64,000 nucleotides of DNA from Patescibacteria group bacterium (GCA_041651155.1 JBAZJU010000001.1:261596-325595); one strand, 5' to 3'. Shown: positions 31,596 through 42,390, counted from the first letter of the stretch. A program made the numbers and translations. Notes: generated by a model from the sequence alone, not told the origin.

Positions 31596-31687
31596 GATGC
31601 TTTTAAAAAGGTTAAAAATCCTCTATACTATAAATAGGGGATTTTTATAATCCTAAAAAGTCGCTTTAATTATCTCAATAAAAAAAT

Positions 31688-31996
31688 ATGTCAAACAATT
31701 TAGATAATAAAAAACCAATTAAGCCTCAAGATTCCCAGGCAGTCTTATTTTTAAAGCTGCTTATCTTGCTTGTAATTGTAACATTGCCCGTGGCTTTTAT
31801 GTTTTTGGATTTGTCTCGCACTTTTTTTATGGTGAATAACGGAATAGCTGGTTTAAATATTCAGGCTAATTCCAATATGTCCAAAGGCACTGTTAATGAA
31901 TTTAATATCCAGGTGCCTTTGCCAGCTAAGGCCGCAGATATTAATTCAGTGCCAAAAGAAGAACTTGATTCTCTTTTCCCTGAACTTAAAAAATAA
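31688..31996 (+). CDS. hypothetical small membrane protein
   Basis: 102 aa, one TM helix. Confidence 0.35.
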   Translation: MSNNLDNKKPIKPQDSQAVLFLKLLILLVIVTLPVAFMFLDLSRTFFMVNNGIAGLNIQANSNMSKGTVNEFNIQVPLPAKAADINSVPKEELDSLFPELKK

Positions 31997-32022
31997 ATAC
32001 TTAATGATTAAAGCAAAAATTA

Positions 32023-33032
32023 TGACAAAGATAGTCGCAATTAATGGCTTTGGCCGGATTGGCCGCCAGGCCTATAAAGCGGCGATTGATCTTAAATCCA
32101 AATTTAAAGTAGTGGCTGTCAATGACTTAACCGATCCAGCGACTTTGGCTTACCTTTTAAAATATGATTCAGTCTATGGACAATGGAAAGGGCATAAGGT
32201 TTCAGCCACTAAAGATTCTATTATTGTTGATGGCAATAAAATCCAGGTTTTTGCGGAAAAAGATCCCGGCAAATTGCCCTGGAAAAAGTTAAAAATTGAC
32301 GTGGTTATTGAATCAACTGGTTTTTTTACTGAAAAGGAGGGCGCGAGCTTGCATTTGAAAGCAGGTGCGAAGGCAGTTGTTATTTCAGCGCCGACCAAAT
32401 CTGAAGATATAAATACTTTTGTGATTGGCGCAAATGAAAAAAAACTGAAAAAAGGTGAACAAATTATTTCCAATGCTTCTTGTACTACAAATTGCACTTC
32501 GCCCGTGATGTCTGTTTTAATGAACCGTTTTGGCGTAAAAAAAGCCATGTTAACGACTGTTCATGCTTATACCGCCACTCAAAAGCTCGTTGATGGCCCT
32601 GATGCCAAAGATCCAAGACGGGGCAGGGCAGCTGCGGTAAATATTGTGCCCTCAACCACTGGCGCTGCAAATGCGGTTATCCAGACTTTGCCTGAACTTA
32701 AAAATAAATTTGACGGTCTATCAATCAGAGTACCTGTTATAACAGGATCATTAATTGACGTGACAGCGCTATTAAAGAAAAAAGTTACTGTTAAGCAAGT
32801 TAATGATGCATTTATTAGTGCGTCAAAAAATCCATTATATAAAAAAATAATTGGTGTGACTTATGATCCGATTGTTTCCACTGACACAATCGGCACGACC
32901 TTGTCTGCGATTGTTGATTTGGGTACAACGAAGGTGGTTGACGGGGATTTGGTCAAGGTTTTGGCTTGGTATGATAATGAATATGGATATTCATGCCGTT
33001 TGGCTGAAATGGTGGAAATGGTGAAGATCTGA
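32023..33032 (+). CDS. gap: glyceraldehyde-3-phosphate dehydrogenase (type I)
   Basis: MTKIVAINGFGRIGR start (track ORF begins upstream at 31896); SNASCTTNC active site. Confidence 0.9.
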
Positions 33033-33176
33033 ATTATGAACTCTGAATTATGAATTATGAAATATTGATATATTAAGCGCTTCAGTAAAATGGGGCGCTT
33101 TTTCTTGACAATAAAAAAAATACGTGTTTAGATTTATTTAAGAAGAATACAATTGATCTTTAAAAAGGAGGAAAAA

Positions 33177-33593
33177 ATGGATCTAAGGGATAAATTAGGG
33201 ATTGTTTGTATTTTTTTAATGGTATTGGCTTTTGGGTTGGCTGGTTTTTTACATGTATATGAAAAAAAAGTTCTTCCCGAAGTCAAAGACGCAAAACAAT
33301 ATTTTGAGAATTACAAACAAAAAAATCCAGTGCCCAAAAATTGTAATGCAGAAGGGCCGATTGACACCAATGACTGGGAACAAAAAGCCAAGGTCTACAC
33401 TTATGTTTATCAATGTGAAAAAGGAATAACCCCAGACGGCCGTTTGAAGGAATTAGAGATAAAATATCTCTTTGTCGTCTGTTCATCGCAGGGTTCAAAT
33501 CTCAAACTGGATATTATTCCCAGATTTGAAAATCATCTGGATCTCGTGCCAACCAAGGATAATGTTGTTTGTGGCTCAAAAGGGCCAATCTGA
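33177..33593 (+). CDS. hypothetical membrane-anchored protein
   Basis: RBS aaaaggagg; start MDLRDKLGIVCIFLMVLAF. Confidence 0.4.
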   Translation: MDLRDKLGIVCIFLMVLAFGLAGFLHVYEKKVLPEVKDAKQYFENYKQKNPVPKNCNAEGPIDTNDWEQKAKVYTYVYQCEKGITPDGRLKELEIKYLFVVCSSQGSNLKLDIIPRFENHLDLVPTKDNVVCGSKGPI

Positions 33594-33674
33594 AAGAAGT
33601 TAACTGGCGAATAAGGAAATGCATTAAGCGTTTCCTTTTTTATTATCTCAAATTTTGATATAATTAGAGCAGTT

Positions 33675-34736
33675 ATGAATAAAACCAAATTAAATCAATT
33701 TGTTGATTATTTAGTAAAAAATAATCTAGTTTATGCGCCACAATATAATGTTGAGGGATATTTGCATTTGGCTGAATTAAAAAATGCCAAAGATTTTTAT
33801 TTGGGCTCAGAACTTCCGCTTGATTCCTGGAAATGGTACATGTTGCCGCCTTATCAGAAAATGTTTGATTATGAGGGACAAAATTTTAAAGAAAGCTTGC
33901 CCGTCTTGGCCGAGGCCAGGTCTAAGATTAAAAGTCAGATTTTTCTTGGCGTTTCAATTCTAGATTTACAGGCCTTAACTTTGCTAAATCAGGTTTTTGA
34001 GCAAGACCCTTATTATCAGGAAATTAAAAAGAAAACTTTGGTTATTGGCACAAGTCATGTGCCCAAAGAAAATTTTTATAAATATTTTGCCAAGTTTGAG
34101 GAGGATAAACTTGAACATCTGCAGTTTGATATTTTTCTGGCAGTGCAAAAAAATGATTTTAAAATTTATACTGGCTCAGAAGACGGACAGCGACTTTTGG
34201 ATAAGTTTTCCGCCAAAGGCGGATCCGCCTCTGGCGGAGGCTATAAAAATTACCAGCATATTGAATATGCAGGACCAATCAGGGAAGAAGGGCTAGATGC
34301 TCAAATGGTTTCAGTCATGGATGGCATGCAAAATTTCCATAACCAGAAAATTTGGGATGATCTGGGTAAACGCTGTATTCAATGCGGCAAATGCACCATT
34401 GCCTGCCCTGTTTGTTTTTGTTTTAGGATTTATGACCAGTCAAATTTAGCTAAAGATTCTGGTAGCCGAAATCGCTGTTGGGACACTTGTTTTTATAATG
34501 AATTTACCCAGGTCGCTGGTCCAGCGCCGTCTGCACCAAAACATCGGCTTATGACTACCACCGCTCAGAAAATTTATTTTTGGTACGAACATCACTTTGT
34601 CAGAACACCAGCAACCTTTTCTTTGCCTGGGTGCGTGGAATGCGGACGCTGTACTAGGACTTGTCCGGCAGATATAGATGTCTTTCAGACGCAAAGAGAT
34701 ATATTGAAAGCGAGAGAAAAGAAAGCGAAGAAATGA
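33675..34736 (+). CDS. hydB: group-3b [NiFe] hydrogenase beta subunit-like (two 4Fe-4S ferredoxin motifs)
   Basis: CIQCGKCTIACP and CVECGRCTRTCP; 353 aa; similar size/order to sulfhydrogenase HydB. Confidence 0.6.
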   Translation: MNKTKLNQFVDYLVKNNLVYAPQYNVEGYLHLAELKNAKDFYLGSELPLDSWKWYMLPPYQKMFDYEGQNFKESLPVLAEARSKIKSQIFLGVSILDLQALTLLNQVFEQDPYYQEIKKKTLVIGTSHVPKENFYKYFAKFEEDKLEHLQFDIFLAVQKNDFKIYTGSEDGQRLLDKFSAKGGSASGGGYKNYQHIEYAGPIREEGLDAQMVSVMDGMQNFHNQKIWDDLGKRCIQCGKCTIACPVCFCFRIYDQSNLAKDSGSRNRCWDTCFYNEFTQVAGPAPSAPKHRLMTTTAQKIYFWYEHHFVRTPATFSLPGCVECGRCTRTCPADIDVFQTQRDILKAREKKAKK

Positions 34737-34824
34737 GGAGGTTTGTGTAAATGGTTCGGTTTAATGATTAATTAATAATTTTTAATTTTTAAAGAATTTT
34801 TAATAATTTAATGATTAAATTCTT

Positions 34825-35205
34825 ATGGGGGAAAAGAAAAATGGCGTATTTGATTTAGAGGAAAGAACTGGTAAATTCGGCGAAGAGATTATTGATTTTG
34901 CTAAGACTTTGCCTGAAACAATTATCAATAAACCATTAATTAATCAATTGGTAAGATCAGGAACTAGTCTTGGTGCAAACTATATGGAAGCCAACGGCGC
35001 AGAATCAAAGAAGGATTTTGTTCATAAAATTTCAATTTGTAAAAAGGAATCGAAAGAAACAATGCATTGGTTGAGAATGCTTGCTAAAGCTAACCCGGCC
35101 AGGAAAGAAGATTGTGGCAAGCTTTATCAAGAAGCGCACGAATTAACCAAAATATTTGTCAAAATATTAAGTTCATGTAAGAAAAATGGTAATAAGGATA
35201 ATTAA
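34825..35205 (+). CDS. four-helix-bundle protein (23S rRNA intervening-sequence protein family)
   Basis: LVRSGTSLGANYMEANG...SKKDFVHKISICKKESKETMHWL family signature; flanked by AT-rich inverted repeats. Confidence 0.6.
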   Translation: MGEKKNGVFDLEERTGKFGEEIIDFAKTLPETIINKPLINQLVRSGTSLGANYMEANGAESKKDFVHKISICKKESKETMHWLRMLAKANPARKEDCGKLYQEAHELTKIFVKILSSCKKNGNKDN

Positions 35206-35282
35206 ATCATTATAACATTAGCCATTGATTAAAAATTAATAATTAATAATTAGAAATTAGACCCGACATTTATTGATTAACT

Positions 35283-36095
35283 ATGTTAAACGAATACAAG
35301 ACCTACAATTGTAAAATTCTAAAGATAGATACAGAGAGTATTGGTTCCAAGACCTTTACTTTAAGTTTGCCTTACAAAGGTTTTTTATTTGAGCCAGGAC
35401 AATATGTTATGGCTTCACTCCCAGGGTTTGGTGAGGCGATTTTTGGAATTGCATCAAACATGGAAAATAAAAAGTCCATGCAAATAACTGTTAGAAAAGT
35501 AGGAACATTAACTTCAGAACTGCATAATAAGAAAATAGGGGATATAATTGGCATTCGCGGTCCATATGGCCATGCTTTTCCAATTGATTTGGCTAAAGGT
35601 AAAAATGTGCTTTTGGTGGCTGGCGGCATTGGCATTCCACCGTTGCGACCAGTAATTTTGGATGCTGTAAAATATCCGAAAAAATATAAGAAGGTCTATA
35701 TTTTTTATGGCTGTCGTGATGAGAGTTTGTTGAATTATACAAAAGAGTATAAAGAGTGGAAAAATGTTTGCGATTTAAGTATAACTTTGGATAATCCTGA
35801 AACTAAAAAGTACCGTAAAGGAGTGGTAACAACATTGTTTGATTTAAAAAATATTCCCGCAGATGCCGTAGCTTTCATGTGTGGTCCGCCGATAATGTAT
35901 AAATTTGTTATCCAGAAATTGATTGCCAAAGGATTAAAACCAGAAAATATTTTTGTCTCTTTGGAGCGCCATATTGATTGCGGACAAGGCGTTTGCCAGC
36001 ACTGCGCTATTGGCACAAAATATGTGTGCAAAGATGGGCCGGTTTTTTCTTATGCGGAACTTAAGGATTTTAAAAGTTGGCTTGGTCCGATTTAA
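35283..36095 (+). CDS. hydG: hydrogenase gamma subunit-like FAD/NAD(P)-binding oxidoreductase with C-terminal 2Fe-2S motif
   Basis: FNR-like fold (GIRGPYGHAF, LLVAGGIGIPPLRP) + CGQGVCQHCAIG. Confidence 0.6.
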   Translation: MLNEYKTYNCKILKIDTESIGSKTFTLSLPYKGFLFEPGQYVMASLPGFGEAIFGIASNMENKKSMQITVRKVGTLTSELHNKKIGDIIGIRGPYGHAFPIDLAKGKNVLLVAGGIGIPPLRPVILDAVKYPKKYKKVYIFYGCRDESLLNYTKEYKEWKNVCDLSITLDNPETKKYRKGVVTTLFDLKNIPADAVAFMCGPPIMYKFVIQKLIAKGLKPENIFVSLERHIDCGQGVCQHCAIGTKYVCKDGPVFSYAELKDFKSWLGPI

Positions 36096-36150
36096 TCCCG
36101 AATTATGAAAGCCGAAATCTGAATTTTGGATTTAATTTTTAAAATAAAAT

Positions 36151-36846
36151 ATGAAAAATTTTAAAATCATTTTAATTTTATTTGTAACGATAATTTTTTT
36201 AAGCGGCTGTAATTTGGTTGTCAAGCCAGTTAATAATGTTAATTTGAACCAGAATATAAATCAGCCGGTCCAAAATGAATTTAATTTTTTTGCCACAGGC
36301 AATATGGTGAAAAATAATCCTGGCTTAAAGCCAGACACCTGGTATTTGGTTTATGAAGAGCCGGGCGCGCCAGCTTTGACAATGGAATTAAAATTTGATC
36401 AAAATAGCAAATGTAATGTTGAAAACACCCAGGTTCTATGCGCCTCAATTAATTCAGCTGACTTTTTCCAGCAGGGTGAACAGGTGACAGTTAAAGGGAC
36501 AAAAAGCGATAGTTTGGTTTTAGTGGCAGAAGTGACAAAACAGCCGATAAATACATCTGCGGGGAGTCAGACCGTTACCTTGGCTGATAACAATAAAACC
36601 ATAACCCTAAAAATCGGTGAGACGTTTTTATTAAATTTAGGTGAATTTTATAATTGGGATATTAGCATCAGCGATCAAAATATTATTAGCCGGGTAGTAA
36701 ATATTTTGGTGATCAGGGGAGCGCAGGGTGTTTATAAAGCCAAAACTGCAGGCACAGTTACGCTGAGTGCGACGGGTACCCCGACCTGCTACCCTCAATG
36801 CCTGGCGCCGTCAATCTTATTCAAGTTAAATATTGAAGTAAAATAG
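36151..36846 (+). CDS. hypothetical lipoprotein
   Basis: lipobox FLSGC; 231 aa. Confidence 0.45.
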   Translation: MKNFKIILILFVTIIFLSGCNLVVKPVNNVNLNQNINQPVQNEFNFFATGNMVKNNPGLKPDTWYLVYEEPGAPALTMELKFDQNSKCNVENTQVLCASINSADFFQQGEQVTVKGTKSDSLVLVAEVTKQPINTSAGSQTVTLADNNKTITLKIGETFLLNLGEFYNWDISISDQNIISRVVNILVIRGAQGVYKAKTAGTVTLSATGTPTCYPQCLAPSILFKLNIEVK

Positions 36847-37554
36847 ATGAAGAGCCATTACCCACAAATTAAGTTTGTAATTGATTATAAAAAAGATACA
36901 GAGAATGCAATTGATTTTTTAAAAAGAAGAAAAGGTCACCCCTTTATTAAATGGTTTTTACCACAAAATTTTCAGTATGTATTAGAAAGTAGTTTCTCAG
37001 AAAAGGAGAGAAATAAAATTCTCAGGGCTTATACAAAATTTATTTTTGCAGTAAAAAAACAGGAAATTGTTAAGGGCACGCAAGAAGCGAGAGAAAATTG
37101 GGATAAAGTAAAAGATAGATATTTTAAATTAGTTGATAAAATTTTTTACGGACGGAAGTGGCCAAAAGGCAAATATCTAGCAATTGTTACAATTTATGGC
37201 ATGTATCCTAGAGATATAAAAAATAAAATGTTTTCTTTTCCTTTTTGGCATCGCTTGCCAAAATTTTCCAATTCAGTAATTGCCCACGAAATGCTGCACT
37301 TTATGTTTTTTGCTTATATTAAAGATAGATATGGACTAATTGAAGGAAGCAAAATTAAGAATAAAAATCCCGAATATTTATGGCAGGTTTCAGAGGTATT
37401 CAATGATGTAATTGAAAGATGGGCACCGCATTATAGAATTTTTAAGCGCGGCTCCAAGCCCTATCCCGGAACACAAAAGATGTATGATAAAATGAAAGCT
37501 GATTGGAAAAAGTCTTCGGATCTAAATAAATTGCTTGATAAGTGGTTAAAATAA
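36847..37554 (+). CDS. hypothetical protein with HEMLH (HExxH) motif
   Basis: 235 aa; SVIAHEMLHF. Confidence 0.4.
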   Translation: MKSHYPQIKFVIDYKKDTENAIDFLKRRKGHPFIKWFLPQNFQYVLESSFSEKERNKILRAYTKFIFAVKKQEIVKGTQEARENWDKVKDRYFKLVDKIFYGRKWPKGKYLAIVTIYGMYPRDIKNKMFSFPFWHRLPKFSNSVIAHEMLHFMFFAYIKDRYGLIEGSKIKNKNPEYLWQVSEVFNDVIERWAPHYRIFKRGSKPYPGTQKMYDKMKADWKKSSDLNKLLDKWLK

Positions 37555-37558
37555 ATTT

Positions 37559-37957
37559 ATGCAATATAAAAAACATCCAGAACGAGTTTACCGGCATCTA
37601 TTATCCATGCCCGTGATTTATTTTATGATTATTCCCTTGGTTCTTTTTGATCTATGTTTGGAAATGTATCACCAGATTTGTTTCCGGCTTTATAAAATTC
37701 CCATTGTTAAGCGTTCAATGTATATAAAAATTGACCGCCAGAAATTAAAATATTTAACGCGCTGGGAAAAAGTTAATTGCGCTTATTGCGGTTATGCCAA
37801 TGGCTTAATGCATTATGCTTCAATTATTGCAGCTAAAACTGAGAAATACTGGTGTGGCATTAAGCATGCCAAAGATCCGAATTTTATACCGCCGGAACAT
37901 CATAAGAATTTTTTAGAATATGGCGATGCCAAAGCTTATGAAAAATTAAGTAAATAA
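37559..37957 (+). CDS. hypothetical membrane protein
   Basis: 132 aa; TM segment; CAYCGY motif. Confidence 0.35.
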   Translation: MQYKKHPERVYRHLLSMPVIYFMIIPLVLFDLCLEMYHQICFRLYKIPIVKRSMYIKIDRQKLKYLTRWEKVNCAYCGYANGLMHYASIIAAKTEKYWCGIKHAKDPNFIPPEHHKNFLEYGDAKAYEKLSK

Positions 37958-37962
37958 AATAT

Positions 37963-38439
37963 ATGTTTAAGCCAAAGATTTTTGAAGGGGGGAGGAGTGA
38001 GCCTTTGCAGAAGAGCGCGGAATTTAAGATAGTAAAAATTAGAAATTCAGTAATTGAGGAGGAGAAGATTTTTGAAAAATTTGAAATATTAGGCTTGATT
38101 AAAAATATTGCCAAAGAAGAGGATATTGAAGATGATCAACTTGAAATCACAGAGGAATATTATGATCGGAATAATAAATTGGTTGGCTTAAGAGTTTATG
38201 TGAAAGTTGGCAGGGCTAAAGGCGTGGGGTGGGGCAGTATATTTTATGAATATATGGTTAAAGGCGTTCACGAAGGACTTGGTTCTAGTGCGGATTCTTC
38301 AATTTGTAGAATATACGGGACTATAGATAATCCGGATGTCCCTGATCAGGGCGGTATTGTTGGAGAATATAAAGATGGGAAATGGGAATTAAGGCCAGGC
38401 GTGATTGCGCCAAAAGCAACAAATCTTCACTTGTTGTAG
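37963..38439 (+). CDS. hypothetical protein
   Basis: 158 aa ORF. Confidence 0.35.
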   Translation: MFKPKIFEGGRSEPLQKSAEFKIVKIRNSVIEEEKIFEKFEILGLIKNIAKEEDIEDDQLEITEEYYDRNNKLVGLRVYVKVGRAKGVGWGSIFYEYMVKGVHEGLGSSADSSICRIYGTIDNPDVPDQGGIVGEYKDGKWELRPGVIAPKATNLHLL

Positions 38440-38526
38440 CAAGCTATGCTTTTGCGAAGGTAAATGTAAAATAAGTAATTTAAAATAAAATAAAAGCTGG
38501 ATCAGATGATCCAGCTTAAGGGGGTT

Positions 38527-38850
38527 TTACGCCTGTGTTTGCAGCAGCCTTAGTTGCTTTCTGCGTTCTCTTTCCCTTTGCCGTTTTTCTTCTTTTTCCA
38601 TTTCAGAAGCTGCTTCCTTAATCGCGGCAATGGTTTTGCCTTGTTTGCCCTGGCCGACGCAAAAGCTGACTTTCAGTGGGTCTTGACCCTCTTTAATCGG
38701 ATTTTTGTGCTTTGGCAGGGTAAAAGGCGGAGGAAGATTAAAGATTTGTCCGCAAAATATGCAGCGTACTTCCTCTTTTTGCGGCGGCACGGGTACGGGT
38801 TTTTGATCGTTTTTTTCCAAAATTCCCTCCTTGGTTGATTTTTTTGCCAC
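38527..38850 (-). CDS. hypothetical Cys-containing basic protein
   Basis: 107 aa; CIFCGQ ... C-terminal Lys/Arg/Glu-rich tail. Confidence 0.35.
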   Translation of the reverse strand: MAKKSTKEGILEKNDQKPVPVPPQKEEVRCIFCGQIFNLPPPFTLPKHKNPIKEGQDPLKVSFCVGQGKQGKTIAAIKEAASEMEKEEKRQRERERRKQLRLLQTQA

Positions 38851-38913
38851 AGTCCCTTTGTAGCGCCTTAATTGTATATAATAATATAAGCGTTTGTCAA
38901 TTTTATTAAATTT

Positions 38914-39132
38914 ATGTGTTTAAGCATCCCATATAAAATAAAAAAAATTATCGGACAAAAAGCAGTCGTAAGTACTGCCAATAAAAAAAGCAGGGAAGTA
39001 AGTTTGAATTTATTAAATAAAGTTAAAGTCGGGGACTGGATTTTAGCTCTAAATAATTTTGCGATCCAAAAGATTGCAGCTAAAGAAGCAAATCAAATTA
39101 TTAATTTATATAATTATGAAAAAAGTAAATAA
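38914..39132 (+). CDS. hypC: [NiFe] hydrogenase maturation factor HypC/HupF
   Basis: MCLSIPYKIKKI (MCLAIP signature), 72 aa. Confidence 0.7.
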   Translation: MCLSIPYKIKKIIGQKAVVSTANKKSREVSLNLLNKVKVGDWILALNNFAIQKIAAKEANQIINLYNYEKSK

Positions 39133-40027
39133 GGGCTTGTATCTGGTTTTGGGCACTGCATTAATTTCAGGCGTTTCGGTTTTTCTTAATAAATTTGCGG
39201 TATCAACAGTCAGTAATTCTGATATTTTTACCACTAGCAAAAATTTGATAGTTGGCATAATTTTAACTGCCTTGATTGTAACTCCTTTTTTGTTTAATAA
39301 GTTAAGAAAAATTGCTAAAGATGATTGGGTAAAATTAGGCCTAATAGGAATTATTGGCGGCAGCGTGCCCTTTCTTTTATTTTTTAAGGGTTTAAGCATG
39401 ACCAGTGCTACTAGCGCTGCATTTATTCATAAAACATTATTTGTTTGGGTCAGTTTATTGGCCATCTGGTTTTTAAAAGAAAAAATAGGCAAATTGCAAT
39501 ATTTGGCTTTGGCTTTATTATTTTTAGGTAATTTAGCGCTGTTAGGCTTTAAATTTTTTAATTATGGCTATGGCGAACTTTTAGTTCTAACTGCGACTTT
39601 GATGTGGACAATTGAATTTGTGATAGCCAAAAAAGTTTTAAAAAATGTTGCCTCAGAGATCGTGGCTTGGGCCAGGATGTTTTTTGGTTCAATGATACTA
39701 CTTGCTTATTTATCAGCTACAGGTCAGATTCATACTCTAGTCTCTTTAAATTTAAACCAATGGATTTGGGTGATAATCAGCTCAGTTTTATTGTTAGGTT
39801 ATGTTTTAACGTGGTATAAGGCTTTGAAATATTTGCCAACGGTAACCGTGACATCAATTCTAGTATTAGCTTCGCCGATTACAACCAGTTTGGAAATTAT
39901 ATCTAGCCATAAGTTTAATATTTATCAAATTGGGGGATCTTGCTTGATTACTTTAGCTTGCATATTAATAATTTATTCTGTAAGGAAAATCAAAGATGTC
40001 CAAGTTAATTCCCCAAAATTCAATTGA
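39116..40027 (+). CDS. EamA/DMT-family transporter
   Basis: 10-TM pattern, duplicated EamA-like halves; start MKKVNKGLYLV. Confidence 0.55.
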   Translation: MKKVNKGLYLVLGTALISGVSVFLNKFAVSTVSNSDIFTTSKNLIVGIILTALIVTPFLFNKLRKIAKDDWVKLGLIGIIGGSVPFLLFFKGLSMTSATSAAFIHKTLFVWVSLLAIWFLKEKIGKLQYLALALLFLGNLALLGFKFFNYGYGELLVLTATLMWTIEFVIAKKVLKNVASEIVAWARMFFGSMILLAYLSATGQIHTLVSLNLNQWIWVIISSVLLLGYVLTWYKALKYLPTVTVTSILVLASPITTSLEIISSHKFNIYQIGGSCLITLACILIIYSVRKIKDVQVNSPKFN

Positions 40028-40775
40028 AGGTGTTTTGCGCTGCGCCAGATATGCATTTATGCCCAATTATTTCGCCTATTGCGGGCCTGATAAAAACAAG
40101 GCGCTCTTTGAGTATTGCAGCCAAAATTATTTTGAGCCGACTTTACAAAATATTTTGTCAGAATTTGAAGTAATGCACCCTTATTTAAAATTAATTGCCA
40201 GAGAAAATAGGATTAAAGATGAATTTGACCCAGAAGTTGTTGAGGCCTATTGGCTTGGCAATAATTTAATTGAGAATGTGCAAATTAAAAAGTTGTACAG
40301 GCATTTTACAGAGGATAAAAATCTAAAAGCAAAATTGCCAACTTCTGTGGCAGAAAAAGTTTTAGGTTTAGCGCCTCAAATGACAAAGCCGCATCATAAT
40401 TTTCATGTCATGAATATCTGGTTGCGCGCCGGTAAGGTAAATATTATGCACACCTTGAAATCAATTGATGAATGCAGGATTTCCTGGGGTAAAATTAAAA
40501 AAATAAAAAAATCATCCATTTTGGTTGATTACAAGCCTTTAATTATAAAAGATGATAAAATAACTTTAGGCGATACATTAGAACGAGAAGTTTTAACCCA
40601 GTTTGCGGATAAAGGATTTGTTAAAGATTTAAAAATCGGGGATATTGTGACAATTCACTGGGGCTGGGTCTGTGAAGTAATTAATAATTCACAATTAAAT
40701 AATTTGCAAAAATATACACAAGAAAGTTTGAATATTTTTAATGAGCAGGGGAAGGAATTTATATGGGGAGGGTGA
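39996..40775 (+). CDS. hypothetical protein
   Basis: 259 aa ORF. Confidence 0.4.
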   Translation: MSKLIPQNSIEGVLRCARYAFMPNYFAYCGPDKNKALFEYCSQNYFEPTLQNILSEFEVMHPYLKLIARENRIKDEFDPEVVEAYWLGNNLIENVQIKKLYRHFTEDKNLKAKLPTSVAEKVLGLAPQMTKPHHNFHVMNIWLRAGKVNIMHTLKSIDECRISWGKIKKIKKSSILVDYKPLIIKDDKITLGDTLEREVLTQFADKGFVKDLKIGDIVTIHWGWVCEVINNSQLNNLQKYTQESLNIFNEQGKEFIWGG

Positions 40776-40842
40776 AGAAGGTAAATTGATAGTAAGACAA
40801 TGGTAAGACAATTGTAAGACAGTGGTAAGACAATGGTAAAAA
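40770..40842. repeat. TTGTAAGACAA-unit element T2 (direct-unit half)
   Basis: tagtaagacaatggtaagacaattgtaagacagtggtaagacaatggtaaa. Confidence 0.6.
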
Positions 40843-40866
40843 AATTATAAAATAAAAACAAAAATC

Positions 40867-41250
40867 ATGGAATTAAATAATTTGGAAATCTATAAATTGG
40901 CTGTGGAAATTGCCGAAGAATGCTGGCCAATATATTCAGAATTTGATTGGCAAACCAAGAAGTTGATGGGCGATCAATGGATGCGGGCGGTTGATTCTAT
41001 GGGAGCTAATATTTCTGAAGCAAATGGCCGTTATCATTTTTTGGACAGAAATAGATTTTATTACGTCGCTCGCGGTTCTTTAAAGGAGTCTGTCCATTGG
41101 ACTAATACTTTATATAAACGTGAAAAACTTACTGAAATGCGATATAACTCAATATTTGGGAAGCTTAAGAATTTGGATGTAAAATTAAATAATGCGATAA
41201 CTTCTACCTATAAGACGAAACAAGACGAAGGGCAACGGAATCGTTTGTAA
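40867..41250 (+). CDS. four-helix-bundle protein (23S-IVS protein family)
   Basis: AVDSMGANISEANGRYHFLDRNRFYYVARGSLKESVHW signature; flanked by T2 and T3. Confidence 0.6.
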   Translation: MELNNLEIYKLAVEIAEECWPIYSEFDWQTKKLMGDQWMRAVDSMGANISEANGRYHFLDRNRFYYVARGSLKESVHWTNTLYKREKLTEMRYNSIFGKLKNLDVKLNNAITSTYKTKQDEGQRNRL

Positions 41251-41350
41251 GACGATTGTAAGACTATTGTAAGACAATGGTAAGGCAGCTGTAAGATCGT
41301 GGTAAAACAATTGTATTACAATATATTACCATGGTATTACAATCGTTTTA
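41241..41350. repeat. TTGTAAGACAA-unit palindromic element T3
   Basis: tgtaagacgattgtaagactattgtaagacaatggtaagg...caattgtattacaatatattaccatggtattacaatcg. Confidence 0.6.
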
Positions 41351-41374
41351 TTCGCCTAATTCCAAGCAAACATT

Positions 41375-42157
41375 ATGAAGTCAAAAAACAGATTAAAACC
41401 CCACGTCGCCATCTTCGGACTAACAAGCTGTGAAGGTTGTCAATTCTCTCTCTTGGATTTGCATGAGAAATTTTTAGAATTAACCAGCTATATTGAATTG
41501 GATGAATTTAGATTAATTGAGGATGAAAAAGAACGCTCACATTATGATATTGCTTTTATTGAAGGCAATCCTGTGACCACGGAGAATTTGCATATTTTAA
41601 AACGCATTAGGAAAATTTCAGATGTGGTGGTTGTTTTAGGCAACTGCGCTGATTTAGGCGGGGTTTGGGAAATAAAAAATTACCATGATTTTAAAAAAAT
41701 AGGCTGTTATGTTTACAAATCATGCAAGACAATTGAAAATAGGGAAGTAGTAGAAGTGCCCAAGGCCATTAAGGTTGATTATGTAATTCCTGGCTGCCCG
41801 ATTAATGCCCAGAATTTTTTAGATTTGGTATATAATCTTATAAACAAAAAACCCTGGGCTTTGAAGATGAATCCGGTTTGCTGGGAATGCCAGATTAATA
41901 AAAACCCTTGCCTTTTGCAGGAAGGGAAGATTTGTCTGGGGCCAATTGCTTTAGCTGGCTGTAATGCAGTCTGTTTGAATTCGCGTCAGGAATGCTGGGC
42001 GTGCCGGGGAATTTTAGATCAATCAGATGAGAAAATCAGGAATTTGATTAAGATTTTACAAAATCATGGTTATAGCCTGGCTGATATTTTAGAGAAAATG
42101 GAATTTTTTGGAGCACGAGATAGAATTGAAGCTGCCATGAAAAAGGCAAATGACTGA
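41375..42157 (+). CDS. hydD: [NiFe] hydrogenase small (delta) subunit-like
   Basis: N-terminal GLTSCEGCQFSLLDL, GNCADLGG; multiple Cys clusters; 260 aa. Confidence 0.65.
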   Translation: MKSKNRLKPHVAIFGLTSCEGCQFSLLDLHEKFLELTSYIELDEFRLIEDEKERSHYDIAFIEGNPVTTENLHILKRIRKISDVVVVLGNCADLGGVWEIKNYHDFKKIGCYVYKSCKTIENREVVEVPKAIKVDYVIPGCPINAQNFLDLVYNLINKKPWALKMNPVCWECQINKNPCLLQEGKICLGPIALAGCNAVCLNSRQECWACRGILDQSDEKIRNLIKILQNHGYSLADILEKMEFFGARDRIEAAMKKAND

Positions 42158-42211
42158 GGAAATAAAGCTAAGAGACTTGACAATCATTATATTAAATTGT
42201 ATACTCCATTC

Positions 42212-42390
42212 GCGGAACAAACTGCAGCCCAAAAAGCGGCATACGGGAAGCTGTATAAGTTTCGCAACCCTCCTTTTGTAGCGCTGAGTCCTAGGTCTCG
42301 GGAAATGACTGTCGCCCAACAGTCATATATCAGGGCGGGCTCAGCGCTGAAAACTCTGGGGGAACATTAATTGTTCCCCCTTTTAAATTT
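42212..42390 (+). ncRNA. candidate sRNA unit 1 (own promoter TTGACA-N17-TATACT at 42177-42205; intrinsic terminator 42358-42390)
   Basis: promoter and gggggaacattaattgttccccc+TTTT terminator read directly; structured core gcgctgag...atgactgt/acagtcat...ctcagcgc. Confidence 0.45.

Noticed and set aside
31896-32022. Upstream extension of the gap ORF in the track (start at 31896)
   Set aside because: The conserved GAPDH N-terminus MTKIVAINGFGRIGR begins at 32023, and the extension overlaps the preceding gene. Start moved to 32023.
33480-33500. tRNA-like T-loop string gggttcaaatctc
   Set aside because: It lies inside a coding region with no complementary T-stem, acceptor or anticodon arms. No tRNA genes were found anywhere in the window.
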